This document shows positions 58,775 to 64,000 of a DNA stretch of 64,000 nucleotides, in pieces. Each line of letters opens with the position of its first letter. Within the stretch, counting starts at the first letter, position 1. The notes under the pieces were generated by a model that saw nothing but the letters and a program-made list of their open reading frames with translations, was not told the origin of the DNA and ran no database searches. Source of the DNA: the human T2T-CHM13v2.0 reference genome, Homo sapiens; NCBI RefSeq assembly GCF_009914755.1, contig NC_060926.1; one strand, 5' to 3'. The position numbers were made by a program, and so were the translations under genes.

Positions 58775-61700
58775 GTAATTTCAATTTTCATTTTTTTCCA
58801 TAAGTTATTGGGGTATAGGTGGTATTTGGTTGCATAAGTAAGTTCTTTTGTGGTGTTCTGTGAGATTTTGGTTCACCCATCAGCTGAGCAGTATACAGTG
58901 TACCATATTTGTTTATCCCTTGTACCCCTCCCACTCTTCCCCGCAAGTCCCCAAAGTCCATTGTATCATTTTTATGCCTTTGCATCCTCATAGCTTAGCT
59001 CCCACATATCAGTGAGAATATATGATGTTTGATTTTCCATTCCCGAGTTACTTCATTTAGAATAATAGTCTCCAATCCCATCCAGGTCACTGCAAATGCC
59101 CTTAATTCATTCCTTTGTGTAGTATTCCATTGTATATATATATATACCACAGTTTCTTTATCCACTCGTTGATTGATGGGCATTTGGGTTGGTTCCACGA
59201 TTTTGCAATTGTGAATTGTGCTGCTATAAACATGAGTGTGCAAGTGTCTTTTTCGAATAATGACTTATTTTCCTCTGGGTAGATACCAAGTAGTGGGATT
59301 GCTGGATCAAATGGTAGTTCTACTTTTAGTTCTTTAAGGAATCTCCACACTGTTTCCATAGTGGTTGTACTAGTTTTCATTCCCACCAGCAGTGTAGAGG
59401 TGTTCCCTGATCACAGCATCCACGCCAGTATCTATTGTTTTTTGACTTTTTGATTATAGCCATTCTTGCAGGAGTAAGGTGGTATTGCATTGTGCTTTTG
59501 ATTTGCTTTTCCCTGATCACTAGTGATGTTGAGCATTTTTTTCATATATTTGTTGGCCATTTGTATATCTTCTTTTGAGAATTGTCTATTCATGTCCTTA
59601 GTCCACTTTTTGATGGGATTGTTTGTTTTTTTCTTACTGATTCGTTTGAGTTCGTTGTGGATTCTGAATATTAGGCCTTTGTCAGATGTTTAGATTGTGA
59701 AGATTTTCTCCCACTCTCTGGGTTGTCTGTTTACTCTGCTGACTGTTCCTTTTGCTGTACAAAAGCTCCTTAGTTTAATTAGATCTCAGCTATTTATCTT
59801 TTTTTTTTTTTTTTTTTTGCATTTGCTTTTGGGTTCTTGGTCATGAAATCCTTGCCTAAGACAATGTCTAGAAGAGTTTTTCCAATGTTATCTTCTAGAA
59901 TTTTGATAGTTTCAGGTCTTAGATTTAAGTCCTCAATCCATCCTAAGTTGATTTTTTATAAGGTGATATGAGTATCCAGTTTCATTCTCTGCATATAGCT
60001 AGCCAATTATTCCAGCACCATTTGTTGAAAAGGGTGTCCTTTCCCCCACTTTTTGTTTTGTTTACTTTGTCAAAGATCAGTTGGCTGTAAGTATTTGGAT
60101 TTATTTCTGGTTTCTCTATTCTGTTCCAGTGGTCTCTGTGCTTATTTTTATATCAGTACCACGCTGTTTTAGTGACTGTGGCTTTATAGTATAGTTGAAA
60201 TCAGGTAGTGTGATGCCTCCAGATTTGTTCTTTTTGCTTAGTCTTGCTTTGGCTATGCAGGTTCTTTTTTGGTTCCATATAAATTTTAGAATTGTTTTTT
60301 CTAATTCGGTGAAGAATGATGGTGGTATTTTGATGGGGATTGAATTGAATTTGTAGATTGCTTTTGGCAGTATGGTCATTTTCACCATATTGATTCTACC
60401 TATCCATGAGCATGGGATGTGTTTCCAATTGTTTGTGTCGTCTGTGATTTCTTTCAGCTGTGTTTTGTAGTTTTCCTTGTAGAGGTCTTTTGACGTCTTG
60501 GTTAGGTATATTCCTAAGTATTCCTTTTTTTTTTGCAGCTGTTGCAAAAAGGGTTGAGTTCTTGATTTGATTCTCTACTTGGTTGCCGTTGGTGTATAGA
60601 AAAACTATTGATTTGTGTACATTAACCTTGTATTTGGAAATTTTGCTGAATTCTTTTATCAGTTCTAGGAGCTTTCTGGAGGAGTCTTTAGGGTTGTCGA
60701 GGTAAACAATCATATCATCAGCAAACAGTGACAGTTTGACTTCCTCTTTACTGATGCCCTTTCTTTCTTTCTCTTGTGATTGCTCTGGCTAGGACTTCCA
60801 GTACTATGTTGAAGAGCAGTGGTGAGAGTGGGCATCCTTGTCTTGTTCCTGTTCTCAGAGGGACTGCTTTCAGCTTTTCCCCATTCAGTATTATGTTGGC
60901 TGTGGGTTTATCATAGATGGCTTTTATTACATTAAGGAATGTCCCTTGTATGCCAGTTTTGCTGAGAGTTTTAATCATAAAGCAATGCTGGATTTTGTCG
61001 AATGCTTTTTCTGCATCTATTGAGATGATCATGTGATTTTTGTTTTTAATTCTGTTTATGTGGTGTATCACATTTATTGATTTGCATATGTTAAGGCATC
61101 CCTGCATCCCTGATATGAAACCCACTTGATCATGGTGGATTATCTTTTTGATATGTTGTTGGATTCAGTTAACTGGTATTTTGTTAAAGATTTCAACATC
61201 TGTGTTCATCAAGGATATCAGTCTGTAGTTTTCTTTTTTGGTTATGTCTGTCCCTGGTTTTGGTATTAGAGTGATGCTGGCTTCATAGAATGAATTAGGG
61301 AGGGTTTCTTATTTCTTTAGCTTGTGGAATAGTGTTAAAAGGATTGGTACCAATTCTTCTTTCAATGTCTGGTAGAATTCTGCTGTGAATCCATCTGGTC
61401 CTGGACTTTTTTTTGTTGGTAATTTTAAAATTACCATTTCAGTCTCGCTGCTTGTTATTGTTCTGTTCAGGGTATCTAATTCTCATGCTTTACTGACTGG
61501 GCTAGCTGGGTGCCTCAGGGTATCTAATTTTTCCTGATTTAAGCTAGGAGGGTTATATTTTTCCAGGAATTTATCCATCTCTTCTAGGTTTTCTAGTTTA
61601 TGTGTGTAAATATAGTAGCCTTGAATGATCTTTTGTGTTTCAGTGGTGTCAGTTGCAGTATCTCCTGTTTCCTAGTGAGGTTATTTGGATTTTCTCTCTT

Positions 61701-64000
61701 CTTTTCTTGGTTAATCTTGCTAATGGTCTATCAATTTTATTTATCTTTTCAAAGAACCAGCTTTTTCTTTCATTTGTCTTTTGTATTTTGTTGTTGTTGT
61801 TTCAATTTCATTTAGTTCTGCTCTGATCTTGGTTATTTTCTTTCTTCTGCTGTGTTTAGGTTTGGTTTGTTCTTGTTTCTCTAGTTCCTTGAGGTGTGAC
61901 CTTAGACTGTCAGTTTGTGCTCTTTCAGTCATTTTGATGTAGGCATTTAGGGCTATGAACTTTCCTCTTAGCATCACCTTTGCTGTATCCCATAGATTTT
62001 GATAGGTTGTGTCATTATTGTCATTCAGTTCGAAGAATTTTTTAATTTCCACCTTGATTTCGTTTTTGGCCCAGTGCTTATTTAGTAGCAGGTTATTTAA
62101 TTTTCATATATTTGCATGGTTTTGAAGGTTCCTTTTGGAGTTGATTTCCACTTTTATTCCACCATGGTCTGAGAGGGTGCTTGATATAATTCCAGTTTTC
62201 TTAAATGTATTTAGGCTCGTTTTATGGCCTATCATATGGTCTGTCTTGGAGAAAGTTCCATGTGCTGTTGAATAAAAAGTTTATTCTGCAGTTGTTGGAC
62301 AAAATGTTCTGTATGTATCTGTTAAGTCCATTTGTTCCAAGGTATAGTTTAAATCTATTGTTTCCTTGTTGACTTTCTGTCTTGATGACCTGTCTAGTGC
62401 TGTCAGTGGAGTATTGAAGTCCTCTACTATTATTGTGTTGCTGTCTATCTCATTTCTTAGGCATTAGTAATTGTTTTATAAATTTGGGAGCTCCAGTGTT
62501 AGGTACATATATGTTTAGGATCGTGATATTTTCCTGTTGGACAAGGCCTTTTACCATTATGTAATGTCCCTCTTTGTCTCTTTTAACTGCTGTTGCTTTA
62601 AGGTTTGTTTTGTCTGATATAAGAATAGCTACGCCTGCTAGTTTTTGGTATCCATTTGCATGAAATGCCTTTTTCCACCCCTTTAAGTTAAGTGTGAGTC
62701 CTTATGTGTTAGATGAGTCTCTTGAAGGCAGCAGATAGTTGGTTGGTGAGTTTTGATCTATTTTACGGTTCTGTGTCTTTTAAGTGGAGCGTTTAGGCTA
62801 TTTACATTCATTGTTAGTATCGAAATGTGAGGTACCCTTGCATTAATTGTACTCTTTGTTGCCTGAGTACTTTGTTTTTTTTTGTTTTTGCTTTTTAACT
62901 TGTATTTTTGTTTTATAGGTCCTGTGTGATTTATGCTTTAAAGAGGTTCTACTTTGATGTGTTTCCAGGATTTGCTTCAATATTTAGAGCTCTTTTTAGC
63001 AGTTCTTGTGGTGGTGGCTTGGTAATGGTGAATTCTCTCAGTATTTGTCTGAAAAAGACTGTAATTTCCTTCATATATGATGCCTACTTATATGATGCCT
63101 TGTTTCACTGGATACAAAATTCTTGGCTGACAATTGTTTTGTTTGTTTGAGAGGCCCCAGTCCCTTCCGCATTGTAGGGTTTCTGCTGAGAAATCTGCTG
63201 TTGATCTGATAGGATTTTCTTTATAGGTTACCTGGTGCTTTTGCCTCACAGCTCTTAAGAGTCTTTCCTTCATCTTAACTTTTGATAATCGATGGCAGTG
63301 TGCCTGGGTGATGATCCTTTTGTGATGAATTTCCCAGAGCTTCTTGTAGTTGGATGTCTAGGTCTCTAGCAAGGCCGGGAAAATTTTCCTTGATTATTCC
63401 CCCAAATATGTTTTCCAAGCTTCTTCCTCAGGAACACCGATTATTCTTCAGTTTGGTCATTTAACATAATCCCAGACTTCTTGGAGGCTTTGTTCATATT
63501 TTCTTATTCTTTTTCTCTTTGTTGGATTGGGTTAATTTGAAGATCTTGTTCTTGAGCTCGGAATTTCTTTCTTCTACTTATTCAATTCTATTGTTGAGAC
63601 TTTCCAGAGCATTTCACATTTCTAAAAGTGTGTCTGAAGTTTTCTGACATTTTGACTGTTTTTTCTTAATGCTATCTATTTCCTTGAATGTTTCTGCCTT
63701 CACTTCTTATATTGTTCTTTTGGATTTGCTTGCATTGGGCTTTGCCTTTCTCTGGTGCCTCCCTGATTAGCTTAATAACTAACCTCCTGAATTCTTTTTC
63801 AGGTAAATCAGGGATTTCTTCTTGGTCCGGATCCGTTGCTGGTTAACTAGTGTGATTTTTTTGGGGGTGCTAAAGAGCCTTGTTTAGTCACATTAACAGG
63901 GTTGTTTTTCTGGTTCCTTCTCATTTGGGTAGGCTCCGTCAGAGGGAAGGTCTAGGGCTGAAGGCTGTTGTTCAGATTCTTTTGTCCCACTGGGTGTTCC
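58775..64000 (-). mobile_element. Long degenerate L1 (L1PB/L1MA-type): 3' UTR, ORF2 and part of ORF1, continuing off the window
   Basis: Fragmented ORFs with L1 ORF2 RT motifs ([42 protein letters not shown]) and ORF1-like KERLLRAVRQKHQVTYK. Confidence 0.95.
61481..61511 (-). pseudogene. Tailless retrocopy of the 5' half of tRNA-Lys(CTT), inserted in L1
   Basis: Minus strand ACCCAGCTAGCCCAGTCAGTAAAGCATGAGA versus recalled tRNA-Lys-CTT GCCCGGCTAGCTCAGTCGGTAGAGCATGAGA (26/31 identical). Flanked by the 15-bp direct repeat TCAGGGTATCTAATT at 61467-61481 and 61515-61529. Confidence 0.8.

Noticed and set aside
61481-61511. Functional tRNA gene
   Set aside because: Only the 5' 31 nt are present; the anticodon, T-arm/B-box and 3' acceptor strand are absent.
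58788-63273. Reverse-transcriptase-like ORFs
   Set aside because: Frameshifted fragments of a dead L1 ORF2/ORF1. There is no intact frame and no novel retroelement system.

Overview
This is primate, most likely human, genomic DNA from the PREPL/CAMKMT head-to-head locus (2p21 by established knowledge). The minus strand carries ten coding exons of PREPL, running from the long-isoform start codon (35017) to the exon holding the catalytic serine (Ser559 by my own codon count); the 3' exons lie off the left edge. The plus strand carries CAMKMT coding exons 1-2, and the gene continues off the right edge. The two genes share a CpG-island bidirectional promoter at about 36.6-37.9 kb. The rest is intron, dense in Alu, L1, L2, MIR, MLT1 and DNA-transposon fossils. 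I found no evidence of a new multi-gene system. The best fine-scale finds are: (1) a 31-nt copy of the 5' half of tRNA-Lys(CTT) inserted into an L1 between perfect 15-bp target-site duplications; (2) two further tailless, TSD-flanked Alu insertions; (3) an internally inverted Alu; (4) a 95-codon open in-frame extension upstream of the CAMKMT ATG; (5) a strong-Kozak uORF in the PREPL leader. Repeat subfamily names and most repeat boundaries are approximate and were recognised by eye.
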